Part shown: in pieces, positions 36,385-46,085 of the stretch | How positions within the stretch are numbered: position 1 is the stretch's first letter | Layout: the number at the start of each line of letters is the position of its first letter | Assembly: GCA_050950285.1 (NCBI GenBank) | Contig: JBMNHG010000006.1 | Coordinates: 231,167 to 295,166, forward strand | Source of the DNA: Kiritimatiellia bacterium | GTDB taxonomy: Bacteria > Verrucomicrobiota > Kiritimatiellia > RFP12 > JBMNHG01 | DNA: 64,000 bases | Reading direction: 5' to 3' | The notes under the pieces: model-generated | The model's database searches: none | Told to the model about the DNA's origin: nothing | What the model saw: only the letters and a program-made list of their open reading frames with translations | Position numbers and translations under genes: made by a program

Positions 36385-38052
36385 TCATGCCTCTTCCAGC
36401 ACCCCGAAACACCCTTCGTACCAAGCCTGCCATGCATCGCGGGCGGCGGGATCGGCGCCAAGGTCCGCGACCGTGCTTTCAGGACTCGCCAGAACGGCGA
36501 GGCAGCACCCCGCGCCCAGTCGATTGGACAGGACGAGCGGCCGCCCGTCGCCGGACTCCGCGAGCACATCCGCCGTCGTCGCGCGCGCGACGGTCCGAAG
36601 ATCGGTAACCGGATGCCCCGTGATGGTCCACGCGCGGCCGAACATCGTGCAGGTCACGGGGCGCGCCGGGCGAAGATCCACCGCCTGCGCGCCGATCGCG
36701 TCATCGCACGCCTCCGACCAGTGCATCCCGTCGATCCCGCTCCAGAGGAGGCGCCCGCCACCCCGGACCCAGTCGGCCAACGCCTGCGTCTCCCCGACCG
36801 TCACCCCGCATCCGGCGACCACCATCTCGCGAAGCCCGGCAGGGAACGGGCGATCCCCGCGCACGACACAGGCCTTCCGTCCCATCAGGCGAAGCAGATG
36901 GTAGGCGGCGAGAAGCCGGCGATAGACCTGCGTCACGTCATTGCCCGGATTCGCCGGGCTTCGATAGAGCTCGGCGGGCCAGTAGAGGCCAACGCATTCC
37001 CCGGGTTCGGGCGGGACGGGGGGATCGGCCCTTGAAAGGGCGATCATCTTCTCCAGCCCCGCCTGCAGCGACGGCTTGACGCGCCCCGAGGCATCGACAA
37101 GGCCGAGACGCCCCTCGGCGGCGGTCTTGAGGTAGGGATGGACCTTCGCGGAGATGTCGTGGAGGCACCACCAGAGGAACCCGTTGACGCCGTTTTCAAA
37201 GCATCCGTCGAGCATGCCGTCGAGGTAGGCGGTGCATTCGGCGGCGCCGCAGGTCAGGATGGTGCCGAACTCCTGCAGCATCACCGGCCCATAGGTGCGG
37301 GCGAGAAGCGCATTGAACGGGAGAATCGCCTGGCAGAAGGGATCGGCCATGCCGTCGAACCCGACCACGTTCCAAGCGGGCACGGGGTAGTTGTGGATGC
37401 TGAGAAAGTCGGTTCCCGGCTGCCCGTCGATGCGCCAGGAGCATTCGCGCATGAGCGGCGCGCTGTCGAGCCCCGAGACAACCAGCACCTCTGGCCAGAC
37501 GGACCGGATGGCGCCGACCATCTCCGCGCACCAGGCGCGGACCTCGTCGGCGGTCGCGCCAGAGGCGTCGGCGCAATCCAGTTCGTTGCCGAGGTCGAGC
37601 GCGAGGACGGTGTCCGAAAAGGGGCGAAGGGTCTCCGCCGCCTTTGCGCAGAGGGCTGCGGAGGCATGGCGCACCTCCGGGTCGGCGTAGAGGTTGCGCT
37701 CCCCCTTGTCCGACGGCCAGAAGTAGCCGCCGCTCATGAATCCGACGATCAGCGCCGGGTGGGCGAGGAGATCGCGCTCGCGGCACCAGCCGGCGAATTG
37801 CGCCAGGCGCCGGAACATCGTCTCGTCATAGCGGCCGAAGGACGGCTCGAAGTCGGGCCAACGGAGGAAGAAGCGGACGCAGTTCAGCCCGAGGCCGCAA
37901 ACGAGATCCAAGTCGCGCCGGATTTCGTCCTCGTCCCAGGCCTGCCACATTTCGACGCCGCAAGAGGCGGGCCAGTAATTGACGCCAACGGGGAAAATGC
38001 GCTTCCCGCCGCGAGTGAACCATCCTGCGGAATCGAGCGAGAAATGAGCCAT
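36385..38052 (-). CDS. clan GH-A glycoside hydrolase (GH5/GH42-like) with trimerisation-like C-terminal domain
   Basis: GVNYWP, VRFFL.W.DFEP, acid/base GNEL, SIHNY, nucleophile LQEFG, WWC; no signal peptide. Confidence 0.85.
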   Translation of the reverse strand: MAHFSLDSAGWFTRGGKRIFPVGVNYWPASCGVEMWQAWDEDEIRRDLDLVCGLGLNCVRFFLRWPDFEPSFGRYDETMFRRLAQFAGWCRERDLLAHPALIVGFMSGGYFWPSDKGERNLYADPEVRHASAALCAKAAETLRPFSDTVLALDLGNELDCADASGATADEVRAWCAEMVGAIRSVWPEVLVVSGLDSAPLMRECSWRIDGQPGTDFLSIHNYPVPAWNVVGFDGMADPFCQAILPFNALLARTYGPVMLQEFGTILTCGAAECTAYLDGMLDGCFENGVNGFLWWCLHDISAKVHPYLKTAAEGRLGLVDASGRVKPSLQAGLEKMIALSRADPPVPPEPGECVGLYWPAELYRSPANPGNDVTQVYRRLLAAYHLLRLMGRKACVVRGDRPFPAGLREMVVAGCGVTVGETQALADWVRGGGRLLWSGIDGMHWSEACDDAIGAQAVDLRPARPVTCTMFGRAWTITGHPVTDLRTVARATTADVLAESGDGRPLVLSNRLGAGCCLAVLASPESTVADLGADPAARDAWQAWYEGCFGVLEEA

Positions 38053-38185
38053 GGGAGATGCCTTTCGTCGTGGGGTGAAATGGATGGGGCCTTGGAACGC
38101 CGATGCCGCCGGGGCGGAGGCGGTGCGTCCGGCCCCTGCGACGATGGGAGTGTAGCACGCGACGGACGGCAATGGAAGCGGGCGC

Positions 38186-41100
38186 CTACGGCATCCGCTT
38201 GTGGAGCGTCACGGCGTCCACGCCCACGCCGCCGCCGACGGCGCCAAGGCCGATGGCACGGATGGAGAGCGGGGTTTCACGCCAGCGGCCGGCGTGTTCG
38301 CCGGCCTGGAGCGCGGCCCAGAGGTCGACCGTCGTCCACGTCCACTCGTCCGGAAGGGTGTCGAGGGGCTTCGTCCGGACGGAAATCCCTTCGTCCATGT
38401 CGTAGGGTTCGCCCACGTCCACCGCGATGGCGGGGCCGGGATAGCCTTCGCCAAGACGCAGGGTGAGGCCACGTGCTTCGGGGGAGGTCTTGCGGCAGGC
38501 GAAGCGCAGGTATCGGTACTGCCCGGGGGCGGAGGGCGTCTCGGCCACGAGGAAGTCCCAATTGCGGATGGCGTGTCCGTAGGGCGGGACGTGGAGCGGA
38601 TTGGCGAAGCCCTGTTGTTTTTGCTCCAGGAAGAAGGCGCCGGAGGCGGCGTCGCCCGGGTGGAAGTCGAAGTGGGGATTGAAGCCGGAGCGAAGCGACG
38701 AAAGATCGCCGGAATCGTCGTCGTACAGTGTCGCGACGTCCCGGTCGGCCACGACGTCGGGGTGGGATCCGCCGAGACGGACGCCATGGAAGGCGATTTC
38801 GCCGAAGCGGAGGTTGCCGGCGGGCCAGCTCGGGCCGTCGGGGCGGGTCAGCCGGAAACGCGCGGCCTCGATCGGCTTTTCAAGGGTGTGGGTGTGGCGG
38901 GCGGAATCGGAGACGAGGTACTGGGCGAAGACCCAGGTCGCGGCCGCGGGGTCCCAATACTCCAGGCGGGCGTCGCGCATCCAGCTTTCGGGATGGGCGG
39001 GATCCTCGACGAGGGTGACGGCCTCCACGCGGATCTGCGAGCGGAAGGTGTCGATCACGAGCGAGAAGGATCCGCGCCAGCCGGAGTCGATGAAGTGCAC
39101 GTCCTCGTTCGCCAGCCAGGGGGATGCGGGCGGAGCGGGGTCGCCGTCGAAGAGCCGTTCGAAGGGATGGGCGAGCCGCGTTTCGCCCGTGCCGGAGTAG
39201 GCCTGGGCGATGGGGCGGCATTCGAGGAGCACGCTGTCCTCGATGGAGCGCGGCGCGGGATCGGCATTGCTCCACGTGGTGGTGCGCGTGGTCGGGATGT
39301 CGCGCGGGGCGGCGGCGCCGTCGCCGCGGGCGGGCGCGGCGTTGTCGAGGCGCACGTCCCAGCGGGTCTTCCAGCCCGGGGGCGCCACGCGCAGGGCGCG
39401 ACCGAGCCAGGTGGCCGCCACGAGGTCGCCCTCGGGCGTCCAGGCGCAGGAGGGGATGGCTCCGAGGTCGCGGCGGAAGGCGATGTCGCCGGCGGCGTCG
39501 AGCACCGTGAGAGACCCGAGTTCGCTGCCCACGGCGAGGAGCGCACCGTCGGGCGAGAAGCGCGGGGCGCGCAGGAGGTCGTCGCCGCGATAGCACCAGA
39601 GGGGCGATCCGTCGGACGCGAGCATCCACAGGTCGCGCCCGGCGATGGCCGCCACGCGCGAACCATCGGGCGAAACCGCCACGTCGCCGGCGTCGATGGC
39701 GGCTTCCCCGGCGATCCGTCCGTCGCGGACGAGATAGATTCGGCCGCTGCGCGTGGTGGCGCATGCGGCGAGGAGCGAACCGTCGGAAGAGGCGGCGAGC
39801 CGGAGGATCTCGCCCGACGGATCGGGCGTGATGCGCCAGAGCCCGGCGCCATCGGATGCCTTCACGGCGCGCACGAGCATGCCGTCCGCGATGGCCAGGC
39901 GTTCCTCGTCGAGCGCGCGAAGCACCGGCGCGGCGCGCCGCTCGCCGGCCCAGCACTCCTCCCAGAGCAGGGTGCCGTCGCGGCGCCAGACGGCGAGGCC
40001 AAGGTTTCCGGCCGCGGCCACCCAGGATCCGGAGGGGGCGAGGGCGAAGTGGACGAGGCGGTCCTGCACGTCCGCCGCCGAGCACCAGGAGCTTTGGCGC
40101 GCGGGGAGCGCGGGAAGGGCGAAGCGGCGCGTGGTCGCGCCGTCCTCGTCCAGCAGATGGAGGAAGTAGATCTCGCCGCTGTCGAGATCGCATCCGGCTG
40201 CCGCGAAGCCGGCGTCGCTGGCGACAGGATCGTAGGCGCGCCAGTCGCCGATGTTCGCGACCGAACGGACCCGGCCTTTCGCCAGATCGAGGAAGAGCAG
40301 GTTGCGGCCCTCCTCGAAGACGTTCAACAGCGCGGTCTTCCCGTCCGCAGACAACGCGACATCGCGGACGCGCGGGCCGAACACCCGCGCGAACGGCTCG
40401 CGCGGCAGACCGTCCAAACCCGAAATGGCCCCTTCGTGGGGGAAGACCTCCCGTGCCTTCGGGGCTCTGCCGACGCGGGCGCTTCCACCGCCCACGAGTT
40501 CGGTGGCGGAGAGCGAAAGGGGCGCCCGGGCGTTGACGGGGATGGCGAACGATCCTTCGCCGGTGGTGGCGAAGCGTTCTTCGACCAGACGCCCGGCGGC
40601 GTCGTGCAATTCGAGCCGGAGCGGAAGCGCGCCGTCGATGCCGGGCACGACGGCCTTCCACGTTGCCGTCTCGCCGGGACGGAGGGCGCCGGCGGAGAGC
40701 CGGAGCGCCTTCACGGGCTTCGGCAGGACGGCGTAGAGGCGCATGCGGGCATGCCGGAGATCGGCCTGGACGGCGACCTCCCCGTCCTTCACGGGGACGC
40801 GTTCGCGGGCGAGCACGTCGTACACCGCCGCCCCTTCCGGAACGGAGAAGCGCAGGTCCGCCAGGACGGGCTGGCGCGTCGTGGCGGCGTTCTGCATCCG
40901 CCACAGGTGGCCGGGGCCGAGCCTTGGCGAGGAGTTGTCGACGGCCCAGAGCAGGCCGATGCCGCCGGGCGCGGCACGCCGCGAAAGCATCACTTCGGGA
41001 TGCGAGCAGCCGCCTGCGGGCGGCGCGACGGCGGCGAGGACGGGCGCAATGGCGGCGGCCTGTTCCCGCAGCGCGGCGGCAAACTGCCACGTCGCGGCGT

Positions 41101-44050
41101 CGTTGTTGAAGCCCTGGAGCTTCTCGATGCGCTGGAAGGCCGTCCCGATGCCGGCGTAGCGGTTCGCGAGGGTGGCGTGGCAGGTGCCGTCCACGAAGAT
41201 TGCGACGCCGGCGGCGGCGGCTTGTTCGAGCATGGCGACGTAGGCGGGTTCGGGTTCGACCTGCTGCCCCACTACGAGCACCGCCTTGAACTTCGAGAGG
41301 TCGGGCGCGTCCTCGGCGAAGACGAACGAGGCGGGGTGGCGGGCGTACAGGCAGGCCATGAAGGCCTCCCAGAGGCGCGTGAACGAACGGCCGCCGATCC
41401 CTCCCCAGGCGTCCGTCTTGATCTGGCGCCGGGAGACGGGGATGGCGATGGCGTCGTCGTTCTCGAAGGCGGCGAACCAGGGGCCGTACTGCCGGCCGAA
41501 GGCGCCCATCGCGCGGAAGACGGAGGCGCCGCCGGGAATCCCGGAACGGCCGTCGGCGTTCTTCTGGCCTACGGCGGGCACGTTCCCGGAGACGCCGATG
41601 CCGTCAACACCGCGCATGAGGGCAAGGAAGTTGAGGGCGAGCAACTCGGCGCCGGTGCCGTCCTCGTTGATGGACTCCGGATGGATCCAGGCGGGTTTGC
41701 CGGGACGCTTGTAGAAATCGGTGGCGACGGCGGTCCACGACGGCGTGGGGATTTGCTCGCACTGGTAGTGCAGGTCCACCTCGTCCACATTCGAAAACGA
41801 GGCGGGCGGGTAGACCTCGGGGCGGCGGTAGGGGCCAGAGGAGGCCGTGGCGCGCGTGGTGTCGTTGCTGCGCAGGATGTCGAGGAAGCACTGCTGGGCT
41901 TCGACCTGCCAGCCGATCATGCGTTCGCCCGCGGCGTCGAGGCGTTCGTCCCAGCCGTGGTTTTCGGAGGCATCGCGGAGAGCCTGGTCGTAGAGGGGCT
42001 TCTCGGTGGCGGGGTCGTCGAAGCGTTTGTCGTAGTCGGTGACCCACCAGTTGGCCGCCCAGTCCCAGCCGACGAAGGCGGGGAAGGACGAAAGCGTCTC
42101 CGTGTACAGGCGGATGTCCCTTCCCTGGCCTTCGGGCGTGAGCGGGCCGCAGTAGTAGGTGGAGGTGCCCATCGGCAGGGCGGCGTCCATCCACACGAGC
42201 AGGGGCCATTCGCAGATTCCGCGGGCGCCCATCGCGGCGAGCATGGAGGCGTGGGCGTAGCCGAAGGCGGCGGATTCGGGGGCCGGGCCGCAGGGATCGG
42301 CGGCGAGCCGTTCCTGGATGGCCTTCAGCAGCGGCCAGCCGTCGGGCTTGTTCTGGAAGTTCAGGAAATAGCGGCCGGCGAAGACGCGGTTCACGAACTG
42401 GTTCACGGAGAGGGCGTCGGAACGGGCGGCGCGTTCCGCGGCGGCGTCGGGGAAGTCCCACACGCCGGCATCGGAGGTGAAACTGGAGTAGTCGCCGTAC
42501 TGCGTCACGCGGAAGACCGGACGCCCCGCGAGCCCCGGCCCCATGCGGATCGGCTGGACGGGACAGGTGAAGCCGGGCGCGGAGACGGCCAGCGCGTAGC
42601 GGCCGGGAGCCAGGCCGGCGGTGACCGACGCGGGAATCGCTCCGGTGACGACGCCGGACGGCGTGAACGCATAGGTTTCTTCGAAAAGCGGCGCGCCGTT
42701 TTTCCTGCATTCGACGAGCGAGACCGCCATCGGTGCGGCGGGGATGCCGTTCGTGGCGCGAAGCGTGGCCTGGAACGGAATCTCCTCGCCGCGGCCATAC
42801 CAGACGCGGGCGAGCGGAGTCCAGACGCTCGCGGTGCCGACGGCGCCGGGCGCGGAGACGGTCACGACCGCATGGAGCGAACAGGGCGTCTCGGCTTGCG
42901 GGTTCGCGACGGGCGCAACGTGAAGATGATAGATGCCGGCGGCGTCCGAAGGGACGGCGATCGCGCCGTCCGCCATGGAGAGCTCGCGCCAGGCGGAATC
43001 GCAAAGAGGCGTAAGCCAGGCGCGCCAGCGGGGGGCGCCTCCCACGTTGCTTTCGAGCGTAAAGGGAACCGGGGCGCCGGCCGTCCAGTCGAGCGACGGA
43101 AGCTCCAGCGAGACGCGCCGATGGTCGGAGGCGACGCTGCGGAGGAAGGCGCCGTCGCGGAGCGAGTAGACGCGGAAGAGTTCGGTCGCATGCCGCCGTT
43201 TCACGAACAGTTCGTCGCCACGTACGGCGATGTGGGAGATGGGCGTCTCGCGGAAGGGGGCCGCCTCGGGGTCCTCGAGCGCAAGCGGAGCGAGCCCGGC
43301 GCCATCCGGCGCCCAGCGCTCGAGGCCGCCGCCGGACGGGTTGACCACGAAGAGCGCGCCGTCGTCGGAGACCGCCATGGGGAAGCCCGCGTGCCGGGCG
43401 AGGCTCCACTCCGAAAGGGTGCCGTCGTCGTTCAACCGGCGGATCGAGGCCGCATCCCGGAGGAAGAGCGCGCGCGAGCGGGCGGCAAGACGGAAGTCGT
43501 GGAGGCGGAAATCGGCCGGGTACGGCATCACGGCCACCGTCCGGCCGTCCGGCGCGATCTGGAGGATGCGGTGGCGATGCTGGTCGACGGCGTAGAAGGT
43601 GTCGTCGTCGGCCGCTTCCACGCGCTTCGGGGCATCCCAGCCCACCGTGTCGTTCACGAGGAAGTCGGGGACGGCGAGCCGCTTCTCGAAGGTGTCGGAA
43701 TACAGATTCACCGAATGGTTGAAGTGGGCATTGGCGGAGGCGATGATGCCGTCCGAGTTCGCCACGGCGTTGGCCATGGCGTAGACGGCGTCGCCGCCGC
43801 GCCGTCGTGCGCCGTCGGGGCTGACGCGAAGGATGTAGCCCAGATGGTTCAACTCGCTCGAGAGGTAGACGTTCCCGTCGCGCCCAAGGGTCATCGCGGC
43901 CTCGGGGCACCGGAACTTCGGATCCTCCAGCGAAACGATGCGCTCAAGGGTCTCGGCGCGCGGGACGCCCGGGAGGAGGGCGCCGACGGCCAGGGCCGCC
44001 GACAGGACGCGACGACATGCGGCACGCGAATACAAACGAATACGGTTCAT
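38186..44050 (-). CDS. very large secreted multidomain protein (beta-propellers, putative GH-like barrel, discoidin/CBM-like C-terminus)
   Basis: Signal peptide MNRIRL...GVPRA; WD40/PQQ-like repeats (SPDG, SSDG, TPEG); 1954 codons uninterrupted. Confidence 0.75.
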   Translation of the reverse strand: MNRIRLYSRAACRRVLSAALAVGALLPGVPRAETLERIVSLEDPKFRCPEAAMTLGRDGNVYLSSELNHLGYILRVSPDGARRRGGDAVYAMANAVANSDGIIASANAHFNHSVNLYSDTFEKRLAVPDFLVNDTVGWDAPKRVEAADDDTFYAVDQHRHRILQIAPDGRTVAVMPYPADFRLHDFRLAARSRALFLRDAASIRRLNDDGTLSEWSLARHAGFPMAVSDDGALFVVNPSGGGLERWAPDGAGLAPLALEDPEAAPFRETPISHIAVRGDELFVKRRHATELFRVYSLRDGAFLRSVASDHRRVSLELPSLDWTAGAPVPFTLESNVGGAPRWRAWLTPLCDSAWRELSMADGAIAVPSDAAGIYHLHVAPVANPQAETPCSLHAVVTVSAPGAVGTASVWTPLARVWYGRGEEIPFQATLRATNGIPAAPMAVSLVECRKNGAPLFEETYAFTPSGVVTGAIPASVTAGLAPGRYALAVSAPGFTCPVQPIRMGPGLAGRPVFRVTQYGDYSSFTSDAGVWDFPDAAAERAARSDALSVNQFVNRVFAGRYFLNFQNKPDGWPLLKAIQERLAADPCGPAPESAAFGYAHASMLAAMGARGICEWPLLVWMDAALPMGTSTYYCGPLTPEGQGRDIRLYTETLSSFPAFVGWDWAANWWVTDYDKRFDDPATEKPLYDQALRDASENHGWDERLDAAGERMIGWQVEAQQCFLDILRSNDTTRATASSGPYRRPEVYPPASFSNVDEVDLHYQCEQIPTPSWTAVATDFYKRPGKPAWIHPESINEDGTGAELLALNFLALMRGVDGIGVSGNVPAVGQKNADGRSGIPGGASVFRAMGAFGRQYGPWFAAFENDDAIAIPVSRRQIKTDAWGGIGGRSFTRLWEAFMACLYARHPASFVFAEDAPDLSKFKAVLVVGQQVEPEPAYVAMLEQAAAAGVAIFVDGTCHATLANRYAGIGTAFQRIEKLQGFNNDAATWQFAAALREQAAAIAPVLAAVAPPAGGCSHPEVMLSRRAAPGGIGLLWAVDNSSPRLGPGHLWRMQNAATTRQPVLADLRFSVPEGAAVYDVLARERVPVKDGEVAVQADLRHARMRLYAVLPKPVKALRLSAGALRPGETATWKAVVPGIDGALPLRLELHDAAGRLVEERFATTGEGSFAIPVNARAPLSLSATELVGGGSARVGRAPKAREVFPHEGAISGLDGLPREPFARVFGPRVRDVALSADGKTALLNVFEEGRNLLFLDLAKGRVRSVANIGDWRAYDPVASDAGFAAAGCDLDSGEIYFLHLLDEDGATTRRFALPALPARQSSWCSAADVQDRLVHFALAPSGSWVAAAGNLGLAVWRRDGTLLWEECWAGERRAAPVLRALDEERLAIADGMLVRAVKASDGAGLWRITPDPSGEILRLAASSDGSLLAACATTRSGRIYLVRDGRIAGEAAIDAGDVAVSPDGSRVAAIAGRDLWMLASDGSPLWCYRGDDLLRAPRFSPDGALLAVGSELGSLTVLDAAGDIAFRRDLGAIPSCAWTPEGDLVAATWLGRALRVAPPGWKTRWDVRLDNAAPARGDGAAAPRDIPTTRTTTWSNADPAPRSIEDSVLLECRPIAQAYSGTGETRLAHPFERLFDGDPAPPASPWLANEDVHFIDSGWRGSFSLVIDTFRSQIRVEAVTLVEDPAHPESWMRDARLEYWDPAAATWVFAQYLVSDSARHTHTLEKPIEAARFRLTRPDGPSWPAGNLRFGEIAFHGVRLGGSHPDVVADRDVATLYDDDSGDLSSLRSGFNPHFDFHPGDAASGAFFLEQKQQGFANPLHVPPYGHAIRNWDFLVAETPSAPGQYRYLRFACRKTSPEARGLTLRLGEGYPGPAIAVDVGEPYDMDEGISVRTKPLDTLPDEWTWTTVDLWAALQAGEHAGRWRETPLSIRAIGLGAVGGGVGVDAVTLHKRMP

Positions 44051-44209
44051 GGGGGAATCCTTTCGAGAATCTTCCATGGTGGAAACTGTATGGTGGAAAC
44101 TGTATCGCCGAGCAGGGGAAAGCTCAAGAAAGATGAGACTCATGCGGTCCGCAGTAAAAAAACCCTTGCTGACGATCCCGCCGAAACGATAAGCTGGGAA
44201 CCGCCTTCC

Positions 44210-46045
44210 ATGAGCGACACGAGCGATCAACCGGTTGCGCGACCAGCCCCGAAAACGGGAGCGGACGACCCTCCGCCCTGTTCCGGGGATGATGGCGCGC
44301 CGTTGCCGTCGGATTCTTCCGGCCATGCGCCTTCCCCTCCCTCGGAGATTTTCCGCGGGACGGGTGTCGGGCATGGGCTTGTCGTAGGGGTCTCCCGCCT
44401 GCTCAAGCGCAAATCCGCCGCAAGCATCCTGGAACGCTTCCGCCGCCATGGCGGCGGCGTCCCTGCGGACGAGGCGGCCTTCGATGCGCTGGTCGCCCGG
44501 ACTACCGCCCTGATCGAGGCCGGCCGCAAGGAGTTGGGAGAGCGTCTTCCCGAAGCGGCGTCGTTGCTCGTCGATTCGCATCTCACGATGTTGAGCGACC
44601 CCCTCTTCCGCGACCATGTGATCGACGAACTCCGCAAAGACGGGAACCTCGCCCGGGCCATCGCCGAAAGCGCCGTGGCCGTCATCCGCTTTTTTGAATC
44701 CAGCCCGCACGAGTTCATGCGCGAGAAGGCGCGGGACGTCGAGGACATCGCCCTTCGCCTCCTCTCCAATTTCGATCCCGCAGGCTGTTCCGTCGAGCGG
44801 CGGAACGGCGGGGCGGACATCATCGTGGCCCGCGAGCTGCTGCCTTCGGATATCACGATGATCGCGCTGCGCAACATCCGCGCCATCCTCCTCACCTCCG
44901 GCGGCCTGACCGCCCACGTCTCCCTGCTCGTGCGTTCCTTCGGCATTCCGCTTGTGATCGTGAACGCTCCGGAACTCCTCGACATGCCCGACGGCACTCC
45001 GCTGATCGTGGACGGGATGGAGGGGACGGTCCACGTGAATCCGCCCGAGGCCACCCTGCGCAACGTCGAGAAGCGGATTGCCGGCGCCGGGCGTCTCGCC
45101 GTGCAGTCCCGTCCCCACGCCGGAGCCGACACCCGCGACGGCATCCACGTGCAGCTCCAGGCGAACATCAACCTCCTCGGCGAAGTCTCCCGTGCGCTTG
45201 AAGCCAAGATGGAGGGCATCGGCCTCTATCGCACCGAACTGCTCTTCCTCATGCGGAAGGACCTCCCCGGCGAAGAAGATCAGGTCCGCATCTACCGCGG
45301 CTTGCTCAACCGCATGGGCTCGCTCCCCGTGGTCTTCCGGACGCTGGACGCGGGCGGGGACAAGATGCTCCCGTTCTTCGATGATCCGCCCGAGGCGAAT
45401 CCTGCGCTCGGCCTGCGTTCCACGCGCTTCACGCTGCGCCATCCCGAAATCTTCGACGCCCAGCTGCGCGCCATTCTCCGCGCCGCGGGCAACTCCGAAA
45501 CCGTGAGCGTCATGTTCCCCATGATTGGCTCCCTCGACGAATGGCGCCAGGCTCGTGCCCGCTTCGATGAATGCGCCGGCCAGGTGGAGAAGGAGACGGG
45601 GGTGCGGAACCGCATCCGCGTGGGCATGATGGTGGAACTTCCCGCCGTGGCCGACCTCGCCGCCGAGTTCGCGGCGGAGTGCGATTTCTTCTCGATCGGC
45701 ACGAACGACTTCATCCAGTACATGCTTGGCGTCGACCGCACCAACGAGAACGTCGCAAGCTACTACTGCCCGCACCATCCGTCCGTGTTGCGGGCGCTGA
45801 AGCGCATCGTCGATGCGGCGGTGCATGCGGGGATTCCGGCTTCGGTCTGCGGCGAGATGGCCCATGACCCCCGCTACATCCCCTTCTTCCTGGGCATCGG
45901 CGTGCGCAGCCTCAGCACCGACCCCACCTATCTGCCCGACGTGCAGAAGACCGTCGAAACGCTCGACATCTCCGAAACGTGCGCCTACGCCGCCGCGCTG
46001 CTGGCGGAATCCACCATTGCCGGCGTCGAGTCCAAGCTCGTCTAG
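44210..46045 (+). CDS. ptsI: phosphoenolpyruvate--protein phosphotransferase (PTS enzyme I, PtsI/PtsP-like)
   Basis: GGLTAHV phospho-His, GIGLYRTE, RTLDAGGDK, EANPALGLR, FFSIGTND, VCGEMA. Confidence 0.92.
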   Translation: MSDTSDQPVARPAPKTGADDPPPCSGDDGAPLPSDSSGHAPSPPSEIFRGTGVGHGLVVGVSRLLKRKSAASILERFRRHGGGVPADEAAFDALVARTTALIEAGRKELGERLPEAASLLVDSHLTMLSDPLFRDHVIDELRKDGNLARAIAESAVAVIRFFESSPHEFMREKARDVEDIALRLLSNFDPAGCSVERRNGGADIIVARELLPSDITMIALRNIRAILLTSGGLTAHVSLLVRSFGIPLVIVNAPELLDMPDGTPLIVDGMEGTVHVNPPEATLRNVEKRIAGAGRLAVQSRPHAGADTRDGIHVQLQANINLLGEVSRALEAKMEGIGLYRTELLFLMRKDLPGEEDQVRIYRGLLNRMGSLPVVFRTLDAGGDKMLPFFDDPPEANPALGLRSTRFTLRHPEIFDAQLRAILRAAGNSETVSVMFPMIGSLDEWRQARARFDECAGQVEKETGVRNRIRVGMMVELPAVADLAAEFAAECDFFSIGTNDFIQYMLGVDRTNENVASYYCPHHPSVLRALKRIVDAAVHAGIPASVCGEMAHDPRYIPFFLGIGVRSLSTDPTYLPDVQKTVETLDISETCAYAAALLAESTIAGVESKLV

Positions 46046-46085
46046 TCCGCGCGCCGGACGGCCCGGCACGCGGGTGTTGCGCCGG

